DNA from: a virus
Virus record (IMG/VR): IMGVR_UViG_3300045988_001753
Span: 32,001 to 96,000 of that record
Length of the DNA: 64,000 nucleotides
Strand: one strand, 5' to 3'
The number at the start of each line of letters is the position of its first letter. Within the stretch, counting starts at the first letter, position 1. Shown piece after piece: positions 17,801-26,135 of this stretch. The notes under the pieces are model-generated. The model saw only the letters and a program-made list of their open reading frames with translations, searched no databases and was not told the DNA's origin. Both the position numbers and the translations under genes were made by a program.

Positions 17801-20800
17801 TTCTTACCTTCTTACTGATAACAATACCATCACCTGCCCTACTACTAAACCAAGTAACCATAATATCCTGCATATACAAGTCTTGTGCCAAGTCTTGCAT
17901 TGCAGCAGATACATCATCCTGTGATGTAGCAGTTGATAACTTAGTAATGGCATTCTTTATATCTTCTCCAACAGGAGTAGAACTTATGTTACTATCATTC
18001 AGATTAAACTCTTCATTGTTGAAGTGCTTAACCCTTACAGCAGCAGGAGAATACTTACCAGCTCCATTAGGTATAAGCAGATATAATCTACCTTCCTTTT
18101 GGCTCATATCCACTGGCTTGATAATAAGACTATCATCAATCTTACCATTAGTGGTAAGAACACCATTCTTTATAATACCAAAGACAGGCTTTCTATCAGT
18201 TGAAGATACATTAGGTATCTCAGATAGACTTCTCTCAGTATTACCATAGGGAATCCTACCTACCATTACCTTAGATACCTTTGTAACAGGTGTGGCAATG
18301 AACTTACCAGTCTTATTTTGCCTGTTAGCATATTCACCTCTTATCTTCTCTTCAAGACCCTTCAAACCCTCATACCTTGAAACACTATAATCAGACTCAT
18401 CCAAACTACCTACTACTTGGTTGTTTCTTTTGTCTACAATGAAGATTGTATTCTCATTATAGTCTGGGTCAATCATAAAGCCAAGTTCATCACCTGCCTT
18501 TAAGTTACCCTCATTTACATATCTGAATGCTCCTTGGTCTCTTAGATAACCATAAATGCCAGAGAAGTCTACATTCTTTTCTCTCTCACTTACTACAATA
18601 TCAAATGGTCTAAAGTCTCCTTCCTTACTTGCCTCTATATGCAGTTCAGGTATAGCAGGTCTATAGAATTGATTAGAAGTATCTCTACTTGGTCTCTGTG
18701 GAGTTTCTACCCTTTCATTGGCTTTCTTATTCTCCTCATTAACCATCTCAGCAGTTATATTACCTACAGGTAATTCTGTTGTAGGTAAGTCCTCACTACT
18801 TGTTACAGTAGGAGTAGTAGATGTACCACTATCCCCCGTAGTATCTCTTCTATCATCACCTCTTACAGTCCCCTCTCTTTTCTCTACAGGCTTCTTATAT
18901 TCAGGTGAGAATCTATCCTTGAATCTATTGTCATTATTTACCTGAGACATTGCATTCTGCAAAGCATATTGAGCCTCTTGGAATCTTGTTGCAGACAACT
19001 CAACATCACCCTCAGAATCTTCATCAAAGGCATTCTCATTATTGATATAAATTGAGTTGGGATTAGCCAACTGTTCAAGGTTTTCAGAGTTACTGAACTG
19101 GTCTTGAAGGAGCTTCATAGCATCTTGTTTAACCTGTGGTTCTGCATCTGACTCATTAAGAACTCTTCTCACCTCATTATTGTATTGTGAAGTTTCTCTG
19201 TAGTTCTTAGCCATCTCACTACCTTCATCCTCAAGTTCTTTTAGAACTCTATCCCTATTCTCTATATCATCTTGGGTATCTATGATACCCCTGAACTCCT
19301 GTAAATTCTGTGCAGCATTCAAAGATACTTTCAAGTCATCAGACTTCTTCTTAGCTTCTTGTTGCACAGCTTGTTCATCAGCTCTTGCATGGTCTTCTGC
19401 TTGCTTTTGAGGATTTTCAAGATACTCTTTCAGCTTTGCATTATATGTCTTTGAGGCATTACCTAACTTAACAATATCATTTAGCTTAGTTGTAATATCT
19501 TCTTTCTCATCTGCACTAAGTACAGTCTCATCTACCTCATTAATTTCCTTGATAAGACCATCTACAAACTTAGGATTAGTTGCCAATGTATGAGCCAATG
19601 TCTTATCATCCTGACTTCTTACAAGATTAAGAGTATTTATTGCACCTTGAATAGCTCTTACATTCTCATCTGCTTGTCTGTATCTGTCAGTTAAATCAGC
19701 ATGAGTTTGACCTTCAAAATCTCTTATCTGCTCATTGAACCTAAGGAATGAATCTAAGTTACCTAATACACTACCTATTGCAGATTTTACTTCTCCAGAC
19801 ATAGCTGTTGCCCTTTCAGCCCAGTTGCCTATCTGAGACTTCATCCATGTCAATTCTTCAAGCTGGTCATCTGATAATTGCTGACCTGTCTTAATATCAA
19901 GCTCATCTTTTATCTTCAGATAATTGTTGATAGTGTTGGTCATTTCATCATGGTTCTGCTGCAACTTCTCTATCATTTCCTGCTTGCCTTCTGGAGTAGC
20001 ATACATAGGATTACCATTCTTATCAACAAATGGACCTACCTTAGAGCCATCTTCAAGAGTAGTTGTAGTGTTTTCCACAATAGAGGCAAGATTTTCATCT
20101 GATGTATCAAATGCTGTGTTAATTAAGGTAGTGAGGTCTTCCATTCTACCTGCACTATCAAACATGGCAATATCAGATACTAATTGAGCATGTTCTGCAT
20201 TCTTGAAGCTGAACTCATCACCTTCCTCAGCAGCTCTATTCATATCATTCTGATACTTATTATGCCTGATAAGACCTTGATAGTAGTTCTTAAATTCAGG
20301 AGAGTTTATCCTGCTATTCATGTAGTTAGCAATCTCATTCTCTCTTGCTATCTTCTCATTATAGTCTCTCCATTCATTTATGGCACCACCCTCAATAGTG
20401 ATTGGAGACTGAATACCACCTTGTGCATTTCTTACACTTCTGAATCTTGGCATACCTAATGCACCTGTCAAAGAACCAATAAAGAACTCTTCCCATACAG
20501 AGCCATCATTTACTGTCTCATTGATTCCCTCAGCAAATGATTTAGTCCAACTTAGTGTTTCTTGAGAAGCTTCTGGGTCAGTCTTTGACTTATAGAAGTT
20601 GTTTACATCAGTAGAGTAATAATTACCTGCTATTCTACTTGCAGCACCCTGTGCCATTTCCTCAGTACCTTCAGATAATGCACCCTTTGTTATTGCAGTA
20701 GCAGCACCTAATCTTGTAGTACCAGCAGTATATTCTCCTGCCTTACCTACTATATTAGTAGCCTTTCTTGCAGTCTTGAATCCATTAGCATATAACTTGC

Positions 20801-21866
20801 CAAACTGGATTATATTAGATGCAGTAAGGATAGGTATATTCATAAGCAAGTCTGCATTACCCATCTTTAGTCTATCCTCATTCAGTTTACCAAGTGCTGC
20901 ATTGTAAGCTTCTCTTTCCCTTGCAATAGCATCCTGATATTTTACATAAGCTGGGTCTACAAACTGATTGCCTTCTACACCACTTCTTACAAGCTCCTTT
21001 CCTGCATTAGCTTCATATTCAGCCTGTATTGCATCTAACCTTTCCCTTAGACTGTCATCAAGCTGTGCTTTATGAAGCTCAAACCAATCCTTACTATTGT
21101 TGAGTGCTTCAATTCTGCCCTCATTTACTGCTGAGATAGTAGCACCTACAGCAGTATTAACTATTGCTGGAGCCTTTGAAGACTTAGCAATAGCACCAAT
21201 GAGTTGAGGTAGCTTAGTTACCTTCAATCCAGCAGCAGTAACACCACCACTATAGAAAGCACCTACTGTGAAACCTAAGTTCTTGATAAACTTATCACCT
21301 AAGAAGTTAGCAGTGAAGATATTTTCATACCAAGGCTGCTCTTGTTCTGCCCTTGTATAATAGTTAGGTAATGCCTGCTCAGACCATTCATTAACAGACT
21401 GCATAGCTTTAGAGAAGTCATTATCCCAAAGACCAGACCATCTGCCTTCACCTATTGCAGTACCAGCTCCAAATATCAAACCTACAGTACCATCAAGGAA
21501 AGTAGTACCTGCAAGTATAGCACCTTTAGCAAGACCTGCTCCTATTTGTGCATACCAAGGCTGATTCTCTGCTCTTATATCTCCCAGTTCTTGGAACTGA
21601 GCTTCTGTTGCAGTAGGTTCATCAAACATACTCTCACCCCAAGGTGTAGCAGTTCCCTCTAATGAAGTTGCAACCATTTGCTCACCATGTGCCCTTGCAT
21701 CATACAATGAAGTAGGAGCAGTATTTGCTCCTACATTCATGCTGAATGACTGAAACTCAGGACTAAGGTTAGTGTATGGCTCTTGATTTGCTTCCTGCAA
21801 ATCTCTGAAAGTCATTGGACCACTCTTAGTAATATCTATATCCTTTACTTTAGTTTCTTTTGCCAT
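14805..21866 (-). CDS. giant multidomain (polyvalent-type) virion protein with PD-(D/E)xK nuclease and C-terminal HExxH zincin domains
   Basis: 2353 aa. N-terminal Gly/Ala-rich hydrophobic segments and a long coiled-coil region. RecB/Cas4-like motif series: GEVDIL (nt 16428-16442), IYDVKTS (DVK at 16386-16394) and YTLQLSAY (16261-16292). HEAFH at nt 15255-15269, followed by ...MAEGFREY. Confidence 0.7.
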   Translation of the reverse strand: MAKETKVKDIDITKSGPMTFRDLQEANQEPYTNLSPEFQSFSMNVGANTAPTSLYDARAHGEQMVATSLEGTATPWGESMFDEPTATEAQFQELGDIRAENQPWYAQIGAGLAKGAILAGTTFLDGTVGLIFGAGTAIGEGRWSGLWDNDFSKAMQSVNEWSEQALPNYYTRAEQEQPWYENIFTANFLGDKFIKNLGFTVGAFYSGGVTAAGLKVTKLPQLIGAIAKSSKAPAIVNTAVGATISAVNEGRIEALNNSKDWFELHKAQLDDSLRERLDAIQAEYEANAGKELVRSGVEGNQFVDPAYVKYQDAIAREREAYNAALGKLNEDRLKMGNADLLMNIPILTASNIIQFGKLYANGFKTARKATNIVGKAGEYTAGTTRLGAATAITKGALSEGTEEMAQGAASRIAGNYYSTDVNNFYKSKTDPEASQETLSWTKSFAEGINETVNDGSVWEEFFIGSLTGALGMPRFRSVRNAQGGIQSPITIEGGAINEWRDYNEKIARENEIANYMNSRINSPEFKNYYQGLIRHNKYQNDMNRAAEEGDEFSFKNAEHAQLVSDIAMFDSAGRMEDLTTLINTAFDTSDENLASIVENTTTTLEDGSKVGPFVDKNGNPMYATPEGKQEMIEKLQQNHDEMTNTINNYLKIKDELDIKTGQQLSDDQLEELTWMKSQIGNWAERATAMSGEVKSAIGSVLGNLDSFLRFNEQIRDFEGQTHADLTDRYRQADENVRAIQGAINTLNLVRSQDDKTLAHTLATNPKFVDGLIKEINEVDETVLSADEKEDITTKLNDIVKLGNASKTYNAKLKEYLENPQKQAEDHARADEQAVQQEAKKKSDDLKVSLNAAQNLQEFRGIIDTQDDIENRDRVLKELEDEGSEMAKNYRETSQYNNEVRRVLNESDAEPQVKQDAMKLLQDQFSNSENLEQLANPNSIYINNENAFDEDSEGDVELSATRFQEAQYALQNAMSQVNNDNRFKDRFSPEYKKPVEKREGTVRGDDRRDTTGDSGTSTTPTVTSSEDLPTTELPVGNITAEMVNEENKKANERVETPQRPSRDTSNQFYRPAIPELHIEASKEGDFRPFDIVVSEREKNVDFSGIYGYLRDQGAFRYVNEGNLKAGDELGFMIDPDYNENTIFIVDKRNNQVVGSLDESDYSVSRYEGLKGLEEKIRGEYANRQNKTGKFIATPVTKVSKVMVGRIPYGNTERSLSEIPNVSSTDRKPVFGIIKNGVLTTNGKIDDSLIIKPVDMSQKEGRLYLLIPNGAGKYSPAAVRVKHFNNEEFNLNDSNISSTPVGEDIKNAITKLSTATSQDDVSAAMQDLAQDLYMQDIMVTWFSSRAGDGIVISKKVRKPDGTYEKVIINGKEQIKEDKYDVYFSTSSKSAEIGGINFDVTALEDLGDTSALGTPKNPEDIYNEILGHLIKFNLPLQVSTRRINEGAYNNRLINSNILTSNITEASVRGNWFTTDYFDNEGNLHQAISPASVAPQPKRKVETPVGGTEGAIAGTRIVSIFSNKPYYVDLKTNTIRDDQGRTVEVTDSNRILFDLAWAQDNFGDSTNSSMMVDNKVLTPDGKVLDRSKQTYLSGQEAQDVKDTIAGRKKEREDRVAKSKEVISEIYENQKRIDKTRTDGEFYYVLEDDGEYHQYSRVHSRLGSNWVESPKQTEALTQVRTKLSQLVDTPTQFDNYLKFLENKYKINLDGYQGKTDAKSRDTIVNIVRDKMSGTNSQRALDAGSAIDSIIRQYFTIRDVSKIARPSNMSESAFIDLITTLNRVKSNMEQMGERFLADNIVLFQKYPDGTRVAGEVDILSVDKDGNFRIYDVKTSRYSFYDFTDRYGHKVNYFTTPSATQRMSAKDYYTLQLSAYKNLFESQYGVPVTKLAVMPFVLSYDKENVSAVQSEKGIPIAYNPAVNVPLASAVKVDKSTGTPATPAQAQTVLPIFETSLETQNPIEDLTPEHSMNNADEGVGYFELDGKLHKGYLTPIAGITEVDVHITKVPNITKGFGRQGEESHVASNNYYAVFPNGKTFLLIKNNPVQGGMSESQVEDSMRKALLGNPQRMKDLASEKTILFDPDAVPTVSATPITTVETPATINQGNTQTGAAYTAQKEQAINDHDEEFEDEFTLRRVNDTEATVWNQEKELNWISRVLPQLSENDKVQVVKGLIKVGRQGALAWGQFDKGVITLSDIAAEGTAYHEAFHAVFNLLLDNNERQALYDEARKLYGEKDNLSLEEDMAEGFREYVMTRQNRGLGKRILDFFKELFAKVTNWNNFRPSLIDYYRRINEGKYADSTFKVPTISELRGTTSTTTSFNTLSDSMQENLLKKGWTAEKFDSISQKERDQAVKCIAF

Positions 21867-21869
21867 ATC

Positions 21870-23675
21870 TTAATATCCATAAGGATTAAACTCTTGTTCT
21901 TTTGTCTTATTCTGTACTCCTAATTGAGAATGGAATAAGTAGGCTTGCTGTATAGCCTGTGCATATTGTTGCTGTGCATAAGTAATTTCATCTGGAGTAG
22001 CCTGATGTACATTACCTCTTGCATCAGTATATTGCCCTGTATTGACTACTTGTTGCCATTGATTTGCAGCAGCCATTGCCCTATCTCTATTCTGCTCATT
22101 AGTTGTATTGATACCAGCAGGCATTCTGAATCTTCTCACATTGCCCTTGTCATCTTGTATCATTACAGTAGTACCATAAGGACTGAATCTTGTAGCAGTT
22201 ACTTTGTATTTATCACTCTTCAAGTCTTCCATAGTGATTTCCTCACCTGTATCCCTGAATTGCTTAGACTTGCTATCATAATCTACCTCTTTAAGACTTA
22301 ATCCTCTACCAGCAGTCATAATAGCATCCTTCATATCACCCTGTTGGGCACTTGCAATAGGGTAGTCATACTCAGTAACTCTTGTAGCATCATATCTTGC
22401 AGTTCTTGCTGCTGGAGAATTATTAGCATATCTATTCCATACATTACCAAGATTGCCAGGCTGCCACTTGCCCTTTGTCACACTATAAGCACCTATGCTG
22501 TCCATGAACTGCCTGAATGCAGTAGGAGTGAATTTCTTACTGCCATTCTGCATTTGTGTTTCTACATTCATAAGTCTTGCAGTACCACTACCAGAACCTG
22601 CTGATGTTACTCTTGGGGTAGCATTTCTGGTATATTCCTGCCAACCAGCCCAAGTCATTCTCATCTGACCATGATTATCTTTGTAGAAGTACTTAGAGTA
22701 TCTTTTCATATCCTCCTTATACTTCTTCTCATCCTTACTTAGTTCTCTACTACTGTAGATATTCAAAGGATTGATAGCTAAACTATTAAGCCTTGCTTGT
22801 CTCTGCTCTTCTGCCTTTCTTGCAGCAGCTCTTTTCTCTGCCCTAATCTGCATAGCTTCTTGTTCAGCCATCTTAGCTCTCCAATTATCAAGAGTCTGGT
22901 ATTGAGTCTCACCAACTGCACTCCATAGACCTTGCTTAGCATAGTCAATAGCCCTTGCAATAGTGGCTTGGTCTCCCCAGTTCCTAACTCCACTTGAATT
23001 AATGGCATCTTCAACAATTCTTGTAAGTTGAGGAGCAGCATTAGGATTATCCTGTATAGCCTGTAATACTGCTTGAGAACTGAAGCCTTTCTGCATCATA
23101 GTCTCATAGTATGAATTACCTAAGATGCTTCTCCACTTCCTTGGCTTCTCTTGCATTTCCTTAGCCAATGCAGATGCAGCACTTGCAGCCTGTGCAGTAA
23201 TTAACTTACCTGAATATGCTTCATAAGCTAATTGAGGATTCCTTATGTAATCATCAAGACTTGTAGTTGCAGCTCTTCTACTCAACATCAATGTTGGGTC
23301 TTGAAGGAGTGCTTTTTGTTGCTCTTCTGCTTGCTTCTGTCTTGCTGTATAGGCTTGTTCAATAGGAGTTATCTCCTTACTGTACCTTGCTCTCATATTG
23401 AGCATATCCCTTCTACTTGCAGCATTAAGTCCTTCTCTTGCTAACTGACCTGCTTGCTCTTCAAGGTCATTTGCATAGGTCTTGTACATCTTGTAAGCAT
23501 AAGGGTCAGTCTGTTCATTAGCCATTTCCTCCCATACACTTGCCTTAGTAGCAAGCTCTCCATACTGGTTCTCCAACTCTTGATGAGCCTGAGTAGCCAT
23601 CAAGGTTGGAGCCAGCATCTCTTGATAAGAGAATGGCTTGAATTGTGAATTTATTACTAAACTATAATTAGCCAT
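21870..23675 (-). CDS. hypothetical virion (cargo/ejection-type) protein
   Basis: 601-aa ORF packed between two other large late genes (1-3 nt spacers). Q/A-rich helical sequence. No motif recognised. Confidence 0.45.
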   Translation of the reverse strand: MANYSLVINSQFKPFSYQEMLAPTLMATQAHQELENQYGELATKASVWEEMANEQTDPYAYKMYKTYANDLEEQAGQLAREGLNAASRRDMLNMRARYSKEITPIEQAYTARQKQAEEQQKALLQDPTLMLSRRAATTSLDDYIRNPQLAYEAYSGKLITAQAASAASALAKEMQEKPRKWRSILGNSYYETMMQKGFSSQAVLQAIQDNPNAAPQLTRIVEDAINSSGVRNWGDQATIARAIDYAKQGLWSAVGETQYQTLDNWRAKMAEQEAMQIRAEKRAAARKAEEQRQARLNSLAINPLNIYSSRELSKDEKKYKEDMKRYSKYFYKDNHGQMRMTWAGWQEYTRNATPRVTSAGSGSGTARLMNVETQMQNGSKKFTPTAFRQFMDSIGAYSVTKGKWQPGNLGNVWNRYANNSPAARTARYDATRVTEYDYPIASAQQGDMKDAIMTAGRGLSLKEVDYDSKSKQFRDTGEEITMEDLKSDKYKVTATRFSPYGTTVMIQDDKGNVRRFRMPAGINTTNEQNRDRAMAAANQWQQVVNTGQYTDARGNVHQATPDEITYAQQQYAQAIQQAYLFHSQLGVQNKTKEQEFNPYGY

Positions 23676-23676
23676 A

Positions 23677-26028
23677 TTACTTCTTCTTAATAGTTAAATA
23701 ACCACCCTTAGCTTTCTTTTTCTTAGCTTTATTGGCAGCATCTCTTACTTCCTTCTTCTCTGCTTCACTAAGACTTTCATATCCATTCTTATATGTAACA
23801 TTACCCTTGCTATCAATAGAGTAGTATAGTGCAGGATTACTCATAATCATATTTCTACTATACTCTTCTCTACCAATATCTCCAAGAGAATTAAAGAAGT
23901 TAGTAAGGTTAGCACTCATACTTGCACCTCTTCTTGCATCAACAGCATCTCTTACTGCCATAGCCTGTGCAACACCACTTAGTCTTGAACTTCTTGCCTT
24001 TAATGCAGCTTCTTGATTTGCCATTGCAGCCTTGAGTCCCATCTCAGCATTAGCCATGTTAGTACCTCTATTAAAGGTCTCAACAGCTTGTCTTTGTGCC
24101 AAGTTATACTCTTCAGCCTGTCTTGCAAGGTCTCCTAATCTACCTTGAGCATTATAATCTGCTGCAAGCAAGGCTGCATTTCTTGAAGGACTTGTAGTAT
24201 TCATAATAGCCCTTCTTGTAGCACCTGCCTGTGCATTAAGTTTATTCAAATAGAAGTTTCTGTCAAAAGGTCTATATTGTAAATAGTTACCTATTGGAGT
24301 ATATCCTACTGGAGTATAATTACCTGCTTGATTAGCTGCTTCAAGTATTGTATCTGCACTTGTATAGTCTGGTCTACTAAATAAGTTCTGACCTAATCCT
24401 ATTGCAGCTCCTACTACAGGGGCATATCTTAGCCAAGTCAGCTTGCTATTATTATCCCCTTTATCACCCTCATCAGTACCTGACATGGCTTCATTCCATA
24501 CATCTTCTGCACTGATAGGTTCCAATAAAGTACCATAGTCTTGCCAATCTCCATAATCTACACCATCTAAGAAGTTAGGCATATCACCAAGACCATCAAA
24601 TAATGTACCCATTTTACCACCATGAGCATATTGTACTCCTTCTTGACCTACTTGATTCTGTTGTCTTACAGTCTCTTGGGCTTGTTGTAGTCTGGACATA
24701 GAGCTTAGAAGTCCTCTCTTGCTTATTGGGTCATTAGGTCTTTCCTTTGATTCATCACCTAACTTCTCTGCTATTGCAGCAAAGGAGTATCCATCATAAG
24801 ACTTAGGGAGATTAAAACTCTCCAATAGACCACCATCAGCAAATAATCTGTTACTGAATACATAGTCATTGAATATAACCTCACCTTGCTCTACAAGATT
24901 TGGGTTTCCCTCAGCATCCATTCCCATAGGTACACCCTCCATTGGATTCTCCTCATGGGTTCCACCATTACCAATTACTCTAAGACCATTATCCCACTCA
25001 GCACCATGAGTAAGTAAATCTCCTCCAAAAGCATGATGCCATTTCCTTGCATTAGCAGCAAAAGTAGCTCTCTTCCTTACAGCAGGGTCACTACTTCTTT
25101 TACCCCTTGCAATACACTCTGAAGTAACTTTACCCCCACAATACTTAGTGAATTTACCTCTATTCTCAGGCTTGATATGTATCTTACCTCCTTTAGCAAA
25201 AGTATTCAATTCTGATGATTCAAATGAGTTAGGTAATGAAGTCAGCTTACCTTTATTTGCAGCATTAAGAGCCTTAATGCCTAAGTTCTCCTTAGCTAAC
25301 TCATAACCTATTGCCCCACTTCCATATCCTCCCCATATACCAAGAGGACCACCAAAGGCAGCAAAGCTTGCCATAGCATTAAGGTCAGACTGAGTATCTG
25401 CTGCATCTGCTGCATTCTCATAAGAAGTCAATGCTCTATTTCTTGCAATATCCTGTTGCTTCTTTAGTTCCTTATATTTGTTTTTAGCCTTATTGCTAAA
25501 CCAACCATCTTTACCAATATCTGATTTAGTAAAGTCTTTGCCAAAGTCCTGATTAGCCCACTGGTCCATAACTGAATCAGCACTACTGCTATCTACCATA
25601 ACAGTATTTATAGCTTTGTTGCTTCCTTCAACTTCAGCAATCTTCTCCTTATTTAACTTGGAGCCAAACATCCTATTTGTAAGACCTCCAATAATACCAG
25701 TACCAGCAGATATGATGCCTCCAAGTACAGGATTAACTGCACTTACTGCACCACCTATAGTGCCACCAATATTACTGATTGCACTACCTGCACCTGATTC
25801 AAGTCCTCCACTAATAGCACCACCTGCAATATTACCCACTGCACTACCTATGCCACTTGCTAAGCCTCCTTTCAGCATACCAGCAACATTGCCTCCACTG
25901 AAAGTGCCTTTCAAGTCAAAAGGCTTAGTTCCACCTAAAGCATTCTTGAAATCACCACCCCAACTATAGTAATGAGGGTTGTATGTAAATGGTCTGTTAG
26001 ACTTTCTTATAACTTTTCTTTTAGCCAT
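23677..26028 (-). CDS. glycine-zipper-rich virion (cargo/ejection-type) protein
   Basis: 783 aa. The N-terminal ~100 aa consists of GxxxG-type repeats (GGLASGIGSAVGNIAGGAISGGLESGAGSAISNIGGTIGGAVSAV...). Has its own consensus promoter. Confidence 0.5.
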   Translation of the reverse strand: MAKRKVIRKSNRPFTYNPHYYSWGGDFKNALGGTKPFDLKGTFSGGNVAGMLKGGLASGIGSAVGNIAGGAISGGLESGAGSAISNIGGTIGGAVSAVNPVLGGIISAGTGIIGGLTNRMFGSKLNKEKIAEVEGSNKAINTVMVDSSSADSVMDQWANQDFGKDFTKSDIGKDGWFSNKAKNKYKELKKQQDIARNRALTSYENAADAADTQSDLNAMASFAAFGGPLGIWGGYGSGAIGYELAKENLGIKALNAANKGKLTSLPNSFESSELNTFAKGGKIHIKPENRGKFTKYCGGKVTSECIARGKRSSDPAVRKRATFAANARKWHHAFGGDLLTHGAEWDNGLRVIGNGGTHEENPMEGVPMGMDAEGNPNLVEQGEVIFNDYVFSNRLFADGGLLESFNLPKSYDGYSFAAIAEKLGDESKERPNDPISKRGLLSSMSRLQQAQETVRQQNQVGQEGVQYAHGGKMGTLFDGLGDMPNFLDGVDYGDWQDYGTLLEPISAEDVWNEAMSGTDEGDKGDNNSKLTWLRYAPVVGAAIGLGQNLFSRPDYTSADTILEAANQAGNYTPVGYTPIGNYLQYRPFDRNFYLNKLNAQAGATRRAIMNTTSPSRNAALLAADYNAQGRLGDLARQAEEYNLAQRQAVETFNRGTNMANAEMGLKAAMANQEAALKARSSRLSGVAQAMAVRDAVDARRGASMSANLTNFFNSLGDIGREEYSRNMIMSNPALYYSIDSKGNVTYKNGYESLSEAEKKEVRDAANKAKKKKAKGGYLTIKKK

Positions 26029-26046
26029 ATCATACTAATTTGTTTG

Positions 26047-26077
26047 CAAAGATAAGCAAAGTATTTGAATTATACAA
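26047..26077 (-). promoter_or_regulatory. Bacteroidota-type promoter (TTG-N20-TAnnTTTG)
   Basis: Minus strand reads TTG-tataattcaaatactttgct-TAtcTTTG, ending 18 nt before ATG 26028. Confidence 0.7.
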
Positions 26078-26085
26078 GGATATTA

Positions 26086-26127
26086 TCCAAAAAGTAAAGG
26101 GAAGATAAGTAATAAACTTACCTTCCC
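26086..26127 (-). terminator. rho-independent terminator after the 1623-aa gene
   Basis: Minus strand stem GGGAAGGTAAGT / ACTTATCTTCCC followed by TTTACTTTTT. Confidence 0.7.
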
Positions 26128-26135
26128 CCCTATTA

